Sequence record: NZ_LR134454.1
Direction: 5' to 3' (one strand)
Length of the DNA: 64,000 nucleotides
DNA from: a plasmid
The notes under the pieces are model-generated. The model had not been told where the DNA came from and did no database searches. It was given only the letters and a program-made list of their open reading frames with translations. Positions 46,772 to 56,319 of the stretch are shown one piece after another. The first letter of the stretch is position 1. Each line of letters begins with the position of its first letter. The position numbers and the translations under genes are program-made.

Positions 46772-48226
46772 ATGGCGGAGTCGTCGGGCATCAGAGCGAG
46801 GTCGCCGGTCGTCGGCCTGCCGCGGGGACGCCTGACACAGGTCCAGGTGCTCGCGCAATCCGTCTCCGCGGTCGCCCCCTCCGCGGTGATGGTCACACTG
46901 CCGGTGCTGGTGATGGCGCAGGTCGGCCGCGGCGTGATCGCGGTCTTCGTGGTCGCGACGCTCCTCGTCGCCGCGGTGGGCTACTGCATCCGCGAGTTCG
47001 CGACGCGCATGGCCGCCGTGAGCGGGCTGTACAGCTACACCGTCAAGGGACTCGGCCCGACGACCGGCTTCGCCGCGGGATGGTCGTTGCTCGTGGGCTA
47101 CGGCGCCGCAGCGATGGCGAGCCTCGTCGGCGCGGGGAGCTACCTGGCCGCGCTCCTCGGCCGGACCGGGGTGCCGCAGGGCACGCCCACCGTCGTCGCG
47201 CTGTCCGCGGCGGCGGGGGTCGTCGCGCTGCTGCTCATGCTGCGCGGCGTGCAGCTCTCCGCGCGGATCATGCTCGCGATCGAGGTCTTCGCCATCCTCG
47301 CCGCGTCGGCGGTGCTCGTCGTGGCCTTCGCGGCGGGCGGCGGGGCCGCGGGCGGCGGGGCGCCGAGCGCACCGTCGGGCCCGGGCGCCGCGGGCTTCGC
47401 CGTGCTCCTCGCGATCACGGCCTTCGTCGGTTTCGAGAGCGCCGGTACCGTCGCGCGGGAGGCCCGGCACCCGTTCGTCACCGTCACCCGCGCGATCCGG
47501 TGGACGCCGGTCGTCGTCGGCGTTCTGTACCTGTTCGCCGCGGTGCTGCAGTTGCCCGAGTCCGCGCGGCTGGGCACGGACTCGCTGCGCGTCGTGCTGA
47601 CCCTCCCGGACCGGCTCGGCGGCGGCTCGTCGGTGCTCGCCGCCCTGATGGAGGCCGGGATCGCCGCGTCCTGGTTCGCCTGCGTCCTCGGCTCCGTCAC
47701 CGCGCTCTCGCGCACGCTCTTCGCGATGGGGCGGGAGGGCGTGTTCCCCGGGCTGGGCCGCACGCACCGCCGGTTCGGGACACCGGCCGCGGCGCTGCTG
47801 ACGACGATGCCGCTGATCGTCGCGGTCCCCGTGCTGTGCCTGCTCGTGAGCGGGTCGAGCCGCGCGACGCTCGTCGGGCTGCTCGCGGTCTCCGCGCACG
47901 GCTACATCGTCGCGTACGTGCTGGTGTGCGTCGCGACGCCGGTGTTCCTGCGGCGGATCGGCGAATCCACCCGCGGGGCCACCGTGGTCGGGACCGTCAC
48001 CGCCGCGTGCCTGGTGGGGCTCATCGTCTGGGTGGCCGTCACCTCGTGGGGCCGCGCCGAGGGCACCTCCACCGCGGTGTACCTGGCGATCATGGCGGCC
48101 GGCGCCCTCGTGCACCTGGTCCGGATCCGGCCCCGTCCGGCCATCGCGCAGCGGATCGGGGTCTACGACGAGACCACCGAGGCGGACCTCCTCGGGCCCT
48201 CCCCGCCCTGGGCGGTGCGACGGTGA
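46772..48226 (+). CDS. APC-superfamily amino acid permease
   Basis: 484 aa, 12 TM helices. Paralogous in fold to the permease at 44925-46397. Confidence 0.8.
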   Translation: MAESSGIRARSPVVGLPRGRLTQVQVLAQSVSAVAPSAVMVTLPVLVMAQVGRGVIAVFVVATLLVAAVGYCIREFATRMAAVSGLYSYTVKGLGPTTGFAAGWSLLVGYGAAAMASLVGAGSYLAALLGRTGVPQGTPTVVALSAAAGVVALLLMLRGVQLSARIMLAIEVFAILAASAVLVVAFAAGGGAAGGGAPSAPSGPGAAGFAVLLAITAFVGFESAGTVAREARHPFVTVTRAIRWTPVVVGVLYLFAAVLQLPESARLGTDSLRVVLTLPDRLGGGSSVLAALMEAGIAASWFACVLGSVTALSRTLFAMGREGVFPGLGRTHRRFGTPAAALLTTMPLIVAVPVLCLLVSGSSRATLVGLLAVSAHGYIVAYVLVCVATPVFLRRIGESTRGATVVGTVTAACLVGLIVWVAVTSWGRAEGTSTAVYLAIMAAGALVHLVRIRPRPAIAQRIGVYDETTEADLLGPSPPWAVRR

Positions 48227-48972
48227 CGGCGCGCGAGAACGCTCTGTCCGGGCGGCAGCCGAAGGCCGTCATCAGCGCGCTGCGGGTGCTAGAGGAGGTC
48301 GCGCGCGGGGGCGAGGGCATCACCGCCAAGGAGATCACGGCCCGGCTGGGAATGCCGTCGGCCACCACCTACCGGCTGCTCACCATCCTCGTGGGCGAGG
48401 GCTACATCGTGCGCGTCCCGGACCTCTCGGGTTTCGCGCTCGGCCGCCGGCTCGGCGTCATCCTCGACGCGGCGGTCGCGCCGTCGGTGTGCGCGGCCGC
48501 CCGCGACGTGCTCGCCGAGGCCCGCCTGTCCGTGCGCTTCGGCGTCCAGCTGTTCTACGTCACCGGCAGCGGCGTGCGCGCCGCGGACCTGGATCCGGAG
48601 TACCCGCCGCAGGAGTCCGAGCGCTTCCTCAACGACCACCTGTACGCCTGCGCCGTCGGAAAACTGCTGCTCGCCGAGCGGGACGGGCTCGCGGAGGAGC
48701 GCCCCGCGCTGCGCGCGCTGACGGGCAGGACCGTGACCGCCGCCGACGCGCTGCGGCGCGAGCTCGACGCGGTCCGGGCGAACGGTCACGCCGCCCAGGT
48801 CGGCGAGATGCGGGAGGACACCGCGTGCGTCGCCGTGCCGATCCGGTCGCGCGACGGCGCGCTCGTCGCCGCGCTCGCCCTGTCCGGGCAGGCGGAGCAC
48901 GCGCCCGTCATGCTCAAGCAGGTCGAGGCGCTGCGGGGCCATGCGGACCGGCTGGCGCCGCTGCTGGCGTGA
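48223..48972 (+). CDS. IclR-family transcriptional regulator
   Basis: GTG overlaps the permease stop (GTGA). N-terminal wHTH KAVISALRVLEEVARGGEGITAKEITARLGMPSATTYRLL. C-terminal effector domain. Confidence 0.8.
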   Translation: MTARENALSGRQPKAVISALRVLEEVARGGEGITAKEITARLGMPSATTYRLLTILVGEGYIVRVPDLSGFALGRRLGVILDAAVAPSVCAAARDVLAEARLSVRFGVQLFYVTGSGVRAADLDPEYPPQESERFLNDHLYACAVGKLLLAERDGLAEERPALRALTGRTVTAADALRRELDAVRANGHAAQVGEMREDTACVAVPIRSRDGALVAALALSGQAEHAPVMLKQVEALRGHADRLAPLLA

Positions 48973-49020
48973 GAGCGGTGGATCAGGTCTCGTCGACCTC
49001 CACGTCCGGATCGCGGGCCG

Positions 49021-50160
49021 TCACGACCGCCAGTCTTCGCCCTGCGCCGCGGCGATCGCGACCAGGCGATCGAGGCCGTAGTTCATGTCGAGAACGTGGG
49101 TGCCGACGAGGGGGATCCCGTTGGCTCCAGGCACGTTCACGTGCAGGAGGCGGTAGCCGCCTGAGTCGCTGCAGCGGCTGGTGCCGCGCTGTGCGCTCTG
49201 CGTCCAGGTCGAACGGCTCGTGGGCATCGCGCTGGGAAAGGTCGTGATTCCCATCGCGAGCTTGATGACGCCGGGGGCGTAGGGCTTGCTGGGCACGGTG
49301 ATCGGTTGCGGTCGGTCGTCACCGGCGATGACAGCGGGATCGACGCAGGCCACTCGGTAGGCGGGGCCGTGTCGTAGGCCCCACAGGCGTGAGAGCAGGT
49401 CGACATCGGAATTGCCGAACAGTGACAACGCTGGCGTGACGAAGTCGGTGGAGTAGGCGACGACGCACCGGCTCTGGCCCGTGCGGGTGCAGATCGGGAT
49501 GTTGTCGAAGTCGCCGCCCGTCGTTCGTCCCGGTGCGACCGTGACGTTGCCGCCGATGAGGAACGCGCCCGCGACTCTGGCGCGCACGGCCTGATTCCCG
49601 TCCACGTGCTCCCGGATCAGTTTGCGCAGCATGAGGGTGCCTTGCGAATGCCCGATGAAGATCACCGCCCGACCCCGGTTGTCGCGCGCGAGATACTCCT
49701 TCCACGCGCGGACCACGTCGTCGTAGCCGCGCTCGACAGGATTCGCGAGTTCTGGTGGCAGGATCGGCCCTGCCATCTGTGCGAGGAACCCCGGGACGGC
49801 CACCTGGCGGTAGAGCGGGGCGTAGACGCGGCACGCGTTCGAGAACCGCGCCACCTGGAACTCCGCGATCGATCGGACCTCGGGATCCGGCGTCGCCGTG
49901 GCATTGCCGACGATCTGGTTGCTCACCGTCGGGTAGACGAAGAAGCAGTCGACCTTGTCGCGGGACGAGCCGACGGGCGGTGTGACAACGCGCCCGTTCG
50001 CCAGATCGGTCGTGTCCATGGGGGAGTGGCACGGATCCTGGGCCAGGTCCGGGCGGCACAGCCACGCGCTCCTGGGCGCGGCGGTCGCCGTTGTCAGGCC
50101 ACCGGAGACGATGCAGGCGGCGGCTACTGCGACGGCGACGAGTCGGCCCAGAACAGTCAT
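49021..50160 (-). CDS. Secreted DUF3089-type alpha/beta hydrolase (lipase-like)
   Basis: Signal peptide MTVLGRLVAVAVAAACIVSGG. IGHSQG nucleophile elbow. Size and motifs fit DUF3089. Confidence 0.6.
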   Translation of the reverse strand: MTVLGRLVAVAVAAACIVSGGLTTATAAPRSAWLCRPDLAQDPCHSPMDTTDLANGRVVTPPVGSSRDKVDCFFVYPTVSNQIVGNATATPDPEVRSIAEFQVARFSNACRVYAPLYRQVAVPGFLAQMAGPILPPELANPVERGYDDVVRAWKEYLARDNRGRAVIFIGHSQGTLMLRKLIREHVDGNQAVRARVAGAFLIGGNVTVAPGRTTGGDFDNIPICTRTGQSRCVVAYSTDFVTPALSLFGNSDVDLLSRLWGLRHGPAYRVACVDPAVIAGDDRPQPITVPSKPYAPGVIKLAMGITTFPSAMPTSRSTWTQSAQRGTSRCSDSGGYRLLHVNVPGANGIPLVGTHVLDMNYGLDRLVAIAAAQGEDWRS

Positions 50161-50307
50161 TGCGGTGCTTCCTCCGGAGTTCGGCGAGGGCCCCAAACGG
50201 GGCCGAGGGGAAATTTACATGCAGATCTGCCTGTAAGTTGCTCATCAGAGGAATCCACATTCGACGAAGCCGTCGGGGCGGTGCGTACGGCCGGTACCGT
50301 TGCCGCA

Positions 50308-50928
50308 ATGAGCGCGATGCCGCCCGCCAGACGAACCCAGAAGGAGCGGACCGAGGCGACCCGAACGGCACTCCTGGAGGCGACCGTCGACTGCCTCATC
50401 GATCACGGCTACGCCGGCACCTCCACCAACCGTGTCGTCGAACGCGCCGGGCTGACTCGAGGTGCATTGGCCCACCACTTCCCCACGCGCGACGCCCTCA
50501 TCGTCGCTGCGGTGGAGCACGTCGTTCGACAGCAGATCTCCCTCATGCGGGAGATGGTGCTCGGTCTTCCGGCGGAGATGCCGCTCACGGCGACGATGGT
50601 CCTGGACGTGATGTGGGCGGGGAACCAGACAGCGACGTCGGCCGCGGGCATCGAACTGTGGGTCGCCGGTCGCACGAACCGTGCCGTCTCCGCCCACAGC
50701 AACCTCCTGCGCGACCGGATCGCCGAGGCAGCGGCAGAGGTCATCGCTGCACTGCCTGGCGTTTCCGATCCGCAGCGACTGACGAGCGTCATCGTCACCT
50801 GTCAGGACGCGATCCGCGGACTGGTCGTCACCGCATTGGGCGACCCCGACACCGAGCGGACGGAACAGAAGTGGCATCAGCTGCGGGACAACCTCCTGCC
50901 ACTTCTCGGTGACGCGCTGTCGGGCTGA
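50308..50928 (+). CDS. TetR-family transcriptional regulator
   Basis: HTH RTALLEATVDCLIDHGYAGTSTNRVVERAGLTRGALAHHF. Confidence 0.75.
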   Translation: MSAMPPARRTQKERTEATRTALLEATVDCLIDHGYAGTSTNRVVERAGLTRGALAHHFPTRDALIVAAVEHVVRQQISLMREMVLGLPAEMPLTATMVLDVMWAGNQTATSAAGIELWVAGRTNRAVSAHSNLLRDRIAEAAAEVIAALPGVSDPQRLTSVIVTCQDAIRGLVVTALGDPDTERTEQKWHQLRDNLLPLLGDALSG

Positions 50929-50977
50929 CTCCGGCGAGCCGACCGCCGCCCCCGCCCCGCGGTGATGAAAACGGAAC

Positions 50978-51009
50978 GAGCCCCGATCCCGGGAGGGGGA
51001 TCGGGGCTC
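50978..51009. terminator. Perfect 13-bp stem / 6-nt loop hairpin between the convergent TetR and mmpL genes
   Basis: gagccccgatccc-gggagg-gggatcggggctc. Confidence 0.5.
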
Positions 51010-51023
51010 GTCGGCGTGCGGGA

Positions 51024-54000
51024 TCAGTCCTGGTGCGGGGGACGCTGCTGGGGGCGCGGTCCCTCACCCGTCGGGCCCTGCGGGCGCGGACCCTGCGGCC
51101 CACCCGGGCCCTGAGGCCCCTGCGGACGCGGCGGGTACGGCTGGCGCGGACCCTGCGGACCGCCCTGCGGACCACCCGGCCGCTGCTGCCGCGGCAGCTG
51201 GCCGCTCGGTCCCTGGCCGATCGGACCGCTCGGGCGCGGTCCCTGGGGGCCGCCGGGGCCCTGCGGGCCGGGGGGCGGACCCTGACGGTGCCGCGAGGGC
51301 TGACCGGGAGCCTGCTGCGGGCCGCGGCCCGGAACCGGCTGCTGGTAGCTGCGCGGATCCTGCGGCGGGCGCTGCGTGGGCGCCGACGGGCGCGGCGGCA
51401 GCTCCAGCCGACCCGAGAAGCCGGGCGGCGGGCCGGGACGACGCGGGCCGGGGCCGACCGGGGTCGGCCGGGCCGGACGCACGTCGGGCAGGTTCGACGG
51501 CGGGTGGAGCCTGCCGTCCTCGGGCGCCGCGGGCGCGCGCGTGGCGGAGACCGGGGCACCGGCCCCGACGAGCTCCGGCGCGGCCTTGCCCGGCCCCGCG
51601 GTGGCGGGCTTGACCGACGACAGCGGGCGGCCGTCGCGGGTCTCGGCGGGCAGCGAGGTCTCGCCCAGGCCGACGGCCTCCTGGATCTTGCGCATCCACA
51701 GCGGAGCCCACCAGGAATCGTCGCCGAGCAGCTTCATCACCGCGGGCACGAGCACCATGCGGACGACGGTCGCGTCGATGAGCAGCGCGAACATCAGGCC
51801 GAAGGAGACGTATTTCAGCATCACCAGGTCGGACGTCGCGAACGCCGCCGCGACGCACGCGAGCAGCACGGCGGCCGCGGTGATGATCCGGCCGGTGTTG
51901 GCCGTGCCGGCGCGGATCGCCTGGTTCGTCGTGGCACCGCCCGCGCGTTCCTCGATCATGCGGGAGATGACGAAGACCTCGTAGTCCGTACTGAGGCCGA
52001 AGACCACCGCGATCACCAGCACCAGGACGGGCGCCATCATCGGGCCGCCGGTGAAGTTGAAGATGTCGCCGCCGTGGCCGTCGACGAACATCCAGGTCAG
52101 GAAGCCCAGCGTGGAGCCCAGCGACAGGAGCGACATCAGCACGGCCTTGATCGGCAGCGTCAGCGAGCCGAAGGCCAGGAACATCATCAACGTGGTGACC
52201 ACGACCAGCAGCAGCAGGAGCATCGGCAGCAGGCTCAGCATCGAGTCGATCGAGTCGTACTGCAGCACCGGCATGCCGCCGACCAGGAAGCCGACGCCCT
52301 TATCCGGGTCGGCCCCGTCCATCGTGATGCCGCGCAGTGCCGTCACCGCCTCGCCGACGGCCTTGGTGTCGTTCGGGTCCTGCATGCTGCCGTTGGACGT
52401 CCGCACCGAGACCTCCTGGCCGCGGACCTCGAGCTTGTCCGTCGTGCCCTTGGCGGTGGAGACGGCGTCGGTCGCCGCGCTGAACCGCGCGGAGTTCGGG
52501 TCCGCGGGGTTCGAGTGCGTGAAGCCGGGGATCTTGTTCGCCTCGTCGAGCACCTGCTTGATCTGCTCGTCGCTGGCGTTGGTGAAGACGATCTTGACCG
52601 GTTGGCCGGTATTGTCCGGGAACAGCTCCTGGAACTGGTCCTGCGCCTGCCGGGTCTCGTTGGTCGGCGGCAGGTAGGTCTGCGAGATGCCGCCGAACTG
52701 CAGGCCGACGATGGGGATGCAGATCGCGAGCAGCAGCGTCACGACGCCGACGATCGCGGCCTTCGGGCGCTTCATGACCGCGTCGGTCACCTTGCCCCAC
52801 ATGCCGGCCTCGATGTTGGCCTTCGTCTTCGCGCGGCCCGTCTTCTCGGCGGCCCAGTGGATGATGCCGCCGATGAGCGGCAGGTTCCACTTGTCGAAGA
52901 TGGTGAGGAACCAGTGGAAGCTCAGCGCGAAGACCCGCGGGCCGAGCACCGCCAGCATCGCGGGAAGCAGGGTCAGCGACAGGATCGCGGCGATGAAGAC
53001 GCCGAGCAGCGCGCCCGTGGCCATCGACGTGAGCAGGCCCAGCGGCGAGATGTAGAGACAGGCCAGGGCTCCGACGATGAGCAGCGACGACATGATGATC
53101 GTTCGGCCGGCGGTCATGACCGTGCGTCTGACCGCCGTGGGTGTGTCGTACCCCTCGTCCAGTTCCTCTCTGAACCGGGACACCATGAACAGGCCGTAGT
53201 CGTGGGCGATGCCCAGGCCGATCAGCGAGATGATCGGCCCGACGAACAGGTTGACGTCCGTGAAATCGGCCATCACCGAGGCGACCGCCATGGCGGCGCC
53301 GATGGTGAGCACACCGATGATCATCGGCAGCACCGCGGCGACGATGCCGCCGTAGACGAAGAAGAGCACGATCGCGACCAGCGGCAGCGCGATGATCTCG
53401 GCCTTCTTCTGGTCCTTCTGCACACCCTCGGTGACCTCCGAGGTCACGGGCACGAGTCCGGCCACCTGAGCCTCGAAGACCGGCTTGTTCGCCTCCGACC
53501 GCAGGATCTCCATGAGCGGCTGCTGGATCGACACCCAGTCCTTGCCGCGCTGGGTGTCGTCCGCCGACTTCATCGGCAGCGTGAAGAAGCCCCACGTGCC
53601 GCCGTCGGCGTCGGTGCGGGTGAACTTCTTGTACAGCGCGTCGTTCGCCTGGGGCGCACCCGGGGCGAACATCGTGTAGCTGAGCGAGCTCTCCTGCGGG
53701 TCCTTCTCGTTGACCGGGTTCAGCTTGGCGTCGTCGCCCGTCGCGAACTTCGCGAGGACGTCCTCGCGGGTCTTCGCGACCGCCTTCTCGACGTCAGCGT
53801 CGGAGATCTTCTTGCCCTCCGCGGGCTTGATCAGCACCAGGATGTCGGGCTGCATCTCGCGGCCGTTCGCCTTATCGGTGACCTGGGCGGCGGCGACGGA
53901 GTCGCTGGCCTCGTCGTAGAGGCCGTTCATCTTGGTCTTGGCACCCAGCCCGAGGAAGCCCCAGACGCCGGTCGCGGCGATGGACACGAAGAGGACCGCG

Positions 54001-54050
54001 ATGATCGTGTATCGGAACGCGTACGTGAAGCGTCCTATAGCTGCGAACAA
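51024..54050 (-). CDS. mmpL3: MmpL-family RND transporter, MmpL3-type (trehalose monomycolate exporter ortholog by synteny) with a long PQG-repeat C-terminal tail
   Basis: TTG start after a GGAAAGGAA RBS giving LFAAIGRFTYAFRYTIIAVL. Two 6-TM bundles with periplasmic loops. Followed by an Rv0207c-like gene and trmB, as for Rv0206c in M. tuberculosis. C-terminal ~230 aa GPQGPRPSGPIGQGPSGQ...PQGPQGPGGPQGPRPQGP. Confidence 0.85.
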   Translation of the reverse strand: MFAAIGRFTYAFRYTIIAVLFVSIAATGVWGFLGLGAKTKMNGLYDEASDSVAAAQVTDKANGREMQPDILVLIKPAEGKKISDADVEKAVAKTREDVLAKFATGDDAKLNPVNEKDPQESSLSYTMFAPGAPQANDALYKKFTRTDADGGTWGFFTLPMKSADDTQRGKDWVSIQQPLMEILRSEANKPVFEAQVAGLVPVTSEVTEGVQKDQKKAEIIALPLVAIVLFFVYGGIVAAVLPMIIGVLTIGAAMAVASVMADFTDVNLFVGPIISLIGLGIAHDYGLFMVSRFREELDEGYDTPTAVRRTVMTAGRTIIMSSLLIVGALACLYISPLGLLTSMATGALLGVFIAAILSLTLLPAMLAVLGPRVFALSFHWFLTIFDKWNLPLIGGIIHWAAEKTGRAKTKANIEAGMWGKVTDAVMKRPKAAIVGVVTLLLAICIPIVGLQFGGISQTYLPPTNETRQAQDQFQELFPDNTGQPVKIVFTNASDEQIKQVLDEANKIPGFTHSNPADPNSARFSAATDAVSTAKGTTDKLEVRGQEVSVRTSNGSMQDPNDTKAVGEAVTALRGITMDGADPDKGVGFLVGGMPVLQYDSIDSMLSLLPMLLLLLVVVTTLMMFLAFGSLTLPIKAVLMSLLSLGSTLGFLTWMFVDGHGGDIFNFTGGPMMAPVLVLVIAVVFGLSTDYEVFVISRMIEERAGGATTNQAIRAGTANTGRIITAAAVLLACVAAAFATSDLVMLKYVSFGLMFALLIDATVVRMVLVPAVMKLLGDDSWWAPLWMRKIQEAVGLGETSLPAETRDGRPLSSVKPATAGPGKAAPELVGAGAPVSATRAPAAPEDGRLHPPSNLPDVRPARPTPVGPGPRRPGPPPGFSGRLELPPRPSAPTQRPPQDPRSYQQPVPGRGPQQAPGQPSRHRQGPPPGPQGPGGPQGPRPSGPIGQGPSGQLPRQQRPGGPQGGPQGPRQPYPPRPQGPQGPGGPQGPRPQGPTGEGPRPQQRPPHQD

Positions 54051-54084
54051 GCGAAAATTCCTTTCCGGTGAACCGGTTCTAGGG

Positions 54085-54747
54085 CTAGGCCCGGCTCGAA
54101 AGTAGCGAGGACAGGGGACGGAACGGCTGCAGCCACGCACCCTCGTCGGGCAGCGAATCGAGGCTCACCCGTGGCAGCGGCTCGCGGAACACCCCGGCGA
54201 TGTCCTCGAGATCGACGAACTCCAGAGTAGGGGACGCCAGCGCCCAGGCGGCGTGCTCGCGGAACCCGAGGACGGTAACCGGTACACCGCTTGCGGAGAT
54301 CTCCTCCAGCGGCTCGCGGAAGGCCTGGCCGTCCGCGGAGGCGACGAGGAGCCCACCGAGGCCCGGCGAGTACCGCCGGACGTCGATGTGATCGAGCATG
54401 TCCTCGTCGACGTCGCTGTCGTCGTCGATCTTGGGCTTGGCGAAGACCGCGTAGCCCACGTTGCGCAGGGCCTCGACCCAGGGGCGGACCACGTCTGCGG
54501 TGCCGGGCGCGATGTTGGTGAAGACGGTGGCCTCGGGCTCGAGCCGGGTGTCCGTGTCCGATTCCAGGCCGGCCGTGTACTCCAGGAGCCAGCGGCCCAG
54601 CGCGTCGAAGCGCGGGCGGTGCGCGGCGGTCGGGCGGCCGCCGAGGATCGAGCCGAGCCCCATGTCGAGGTTGGGCGCGTCCCAGACGAGCAGGACGCGC
54701 TTGGCCGCGTCGGGCTGCGGGTCGGTGGGTGCGTCGAGCGGAGTCAC
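54085..54747 (-). CDS. NYN/LabA-like domain protein (Rv0207c-like)
   Basis: Start set at the GTG overlapping the trmB stop (GTGA); the ORF track extends to 54777. Conserved position between mmpL3 and trmB. Confidence 0.55.
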   Translation of the reverse strand: MTPLDAPTDPQPDAAKRVLLVWDAPNLDMGLGSILGGRPTAAHRPRFDALGRWLLEYTAGLESDTDTRLEPEATVFTNIAPGTADVVRPWVEALRNVGYAVFAKPKIDDDSDVDEDMLDHIDVRRYSPGLGGLLVASADGQAFREPLEEISASGVPVTVLGFREHAAWALASPTLEFVDLEDIAGVFREPLPRVSLDSLPDEGAWLQPFRPLSSLLSSRA

Positions 54748-55553
54748 CGCACCTCTCCTTCCTCCACGCGCTCCCATACGAACTCGTGGATCTCGCGGCC
54801 CACCTGCGCGGCCTTGTCCTGGAACTTGGTCACCGGGCGGTCGACGGAGATCGGCAGCCCGGCGTCGGCGAGCCGCGGCGGCAGCACCACGGGCCGCAGC
54901 AACGGCTCCGAGGGTGCGGTCTCCGCAATCGCCTCTGCATAGTCTGCATGATCAGTAGCCACGTGCAGAATCCCTCCCACACGCAGACGGTCCGCGATCA
55001 GGGAGAACATGCGCGGCTGGAGCAGCCGGCGCTTGTGGTGGCGGGCCTTCGGCCACGGGTCCGGGAAGTAGACGCGCACGCCGGTGAGGGTGCCCGGCGC
55101 GATCATGTCCTCGAGCATCGCGACCCCGTCGCCCCGCACGACCCGCACGTTCGTCAGCTCCGCGCGCTGCACCGCGCCCACGAGCTGCGCGATGCCGGGC
55201 AGGTAGACCTCCACGGCCACGACGTCGTTCTCCGGCTCGGCCTGCGCCATCGCCCAGGTCGACGTTCCGGTGCCGGAGCCGATCTCCACGATGAGCGGGG
55301 CCTTCCGCCCGAACCAGGCCTCCGCGTCCAGCGGGTGCGACGGTGCCGGGAACGTCCCGGGCGCGCCGTCGGGCGCACCGTCGGGAAGCGGCGACGCAGG
55401 AGGGATGTCGCGGCCGAGGGTCTCCCAGCCCGTGTCCATCGCCAGCTGCTGGGCGGGGGTGAGGGCGGCGCGGCGGGAGCGGAAACTGGTCACGCGGGGG
55501 TACAGCCGACGGTGCTCGGCGCGGGGATCCTGGGACTGGGGCACGCTCTCCAT
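54744..55553 (-). CDS. trmB: tRNA (guanine46-N7)-methyltransferase
   Basis: SAM motif VEIGSGTGTSTWAMAQ; VYFPDPWPKARHHKRRL motif. Start at the ATG giving MESVPQSQD (269 aa). Confidence 0.85.
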   Translation of the reverse strand: MESVPQSQDPRAEHRRLYPRVTSFRSRRAALTPAQQLAMDTGWETLGRDIPPASPLPDGAPDGAPGTFPAPSHPLDAEAWFGRKAPLIVEIGSGTGTSTWAMAQAEPENDVVAVEVYLPGIAQLVGAVQRAELTNVRVVRGDGVAMLEDMIAPGTLTGVRVYFPDPWPKARHHKRRLLQPRMFSLIADRLRVGGILHVATDHADYAEAIAETAPSEPLLRPVVLPPRLADAGLPISVDRPVTKFQDKAAQVGREIHEFVWERVEEGEVR

Positions 55554-55590
55554 CGTCCCAGCTTCACGGTTGTGACTTAGCATTGGCCGC

Positions 55591-56319
55591 ATGATCGTGC
55601 GTAACTCTCGCCACACGGCGCTCCGCCTCGCCTCCACGGTGGTGGCCCTGCTCGCCGTCGTCGGCCTTCTGGCCGCTTGCTCGAAGAGCGACGGGGAGAA
55701 GGTCAACGACGCGCCGCTGCCCGACGCCAAGACCCTGATCGACGCCTCGTCGAAGGCCGCCCGCGAGCTGCACGACGTGCAGCTGGACCTCTCCGTCGAG
55801 GGCACCGTGCCGAACCTGCCCGTCAAGAGCGTCTCCGCGTATCTGACCAACCAGCCCAAGGTCTCCGGCCAGGGCGATGCCGAGGTGACCTTCAACGGCA
55901 CCCAGGTCAAGGCGAAGTTCGTGGTCGTCGACGCCCACCTGTGGGCGCAGTTCGGCGCCGGCCAGTCGTACCAGGACATGGGCCTCGCCTCCGCCATCTA
56001 CGACGCCTCCGCCATCCTCGACCCGAACAAGGGCATCGCCAACCTCATCTCCTCCGTCCGCGAGCCCAAGGTCGAGGGCCGCGAGCAGATCGGCGGCACC
56101 GAGGCCGTGCGCATCTCCGGCATCATCCCCGGCACCGCGCTCGCCGGCATCGTCCCCAAGGCCGCGCTCGGCGACCGCCCGCTGACCTTCTGGGTGCAGG
56201 AGGCCGCGCCGAACAACCTCGTCCGCGCGAACGTCGGCTTCGATTCCGGAACGCTGACGGTCACGCTCTCGGACTGGGGCAAGAAGGTCACCCTGCTCGA
56301 CCCGAAGACCGCGAAGTGA
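55591..56319 (+). CDS. lprG: LppX/LprG-family lipoprotein (glycolipid carrier)
   Basis: Lipobox LLAACS. 242 aa. Family-typical beta-sheet cavity protein. Followed by an overlapping MFS gene, as in lprG-Rv1410c. Confidence 0.8.
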   Translation: MIVRNSRHTALRLASTVVALLAVVGLLAACSKSDGEKVNDAPLPDAKTLIDASSKAARELHDVQLDLSVEGTVPNLPVKSVSAYLTNQPKVSGQGDAEVTFNGTQVKAKFVVVDAHLWAQFGAGQSYQDMGLASAIYDASAILDPNKGIANLISSVREPKVEGREQIGGTEAVRISGIIPGTALAGIVPKAALGDRPLTFWVQEAAPNNLVRANVGFDSGTLTVTLSDWGKKVTLLDPKTAK

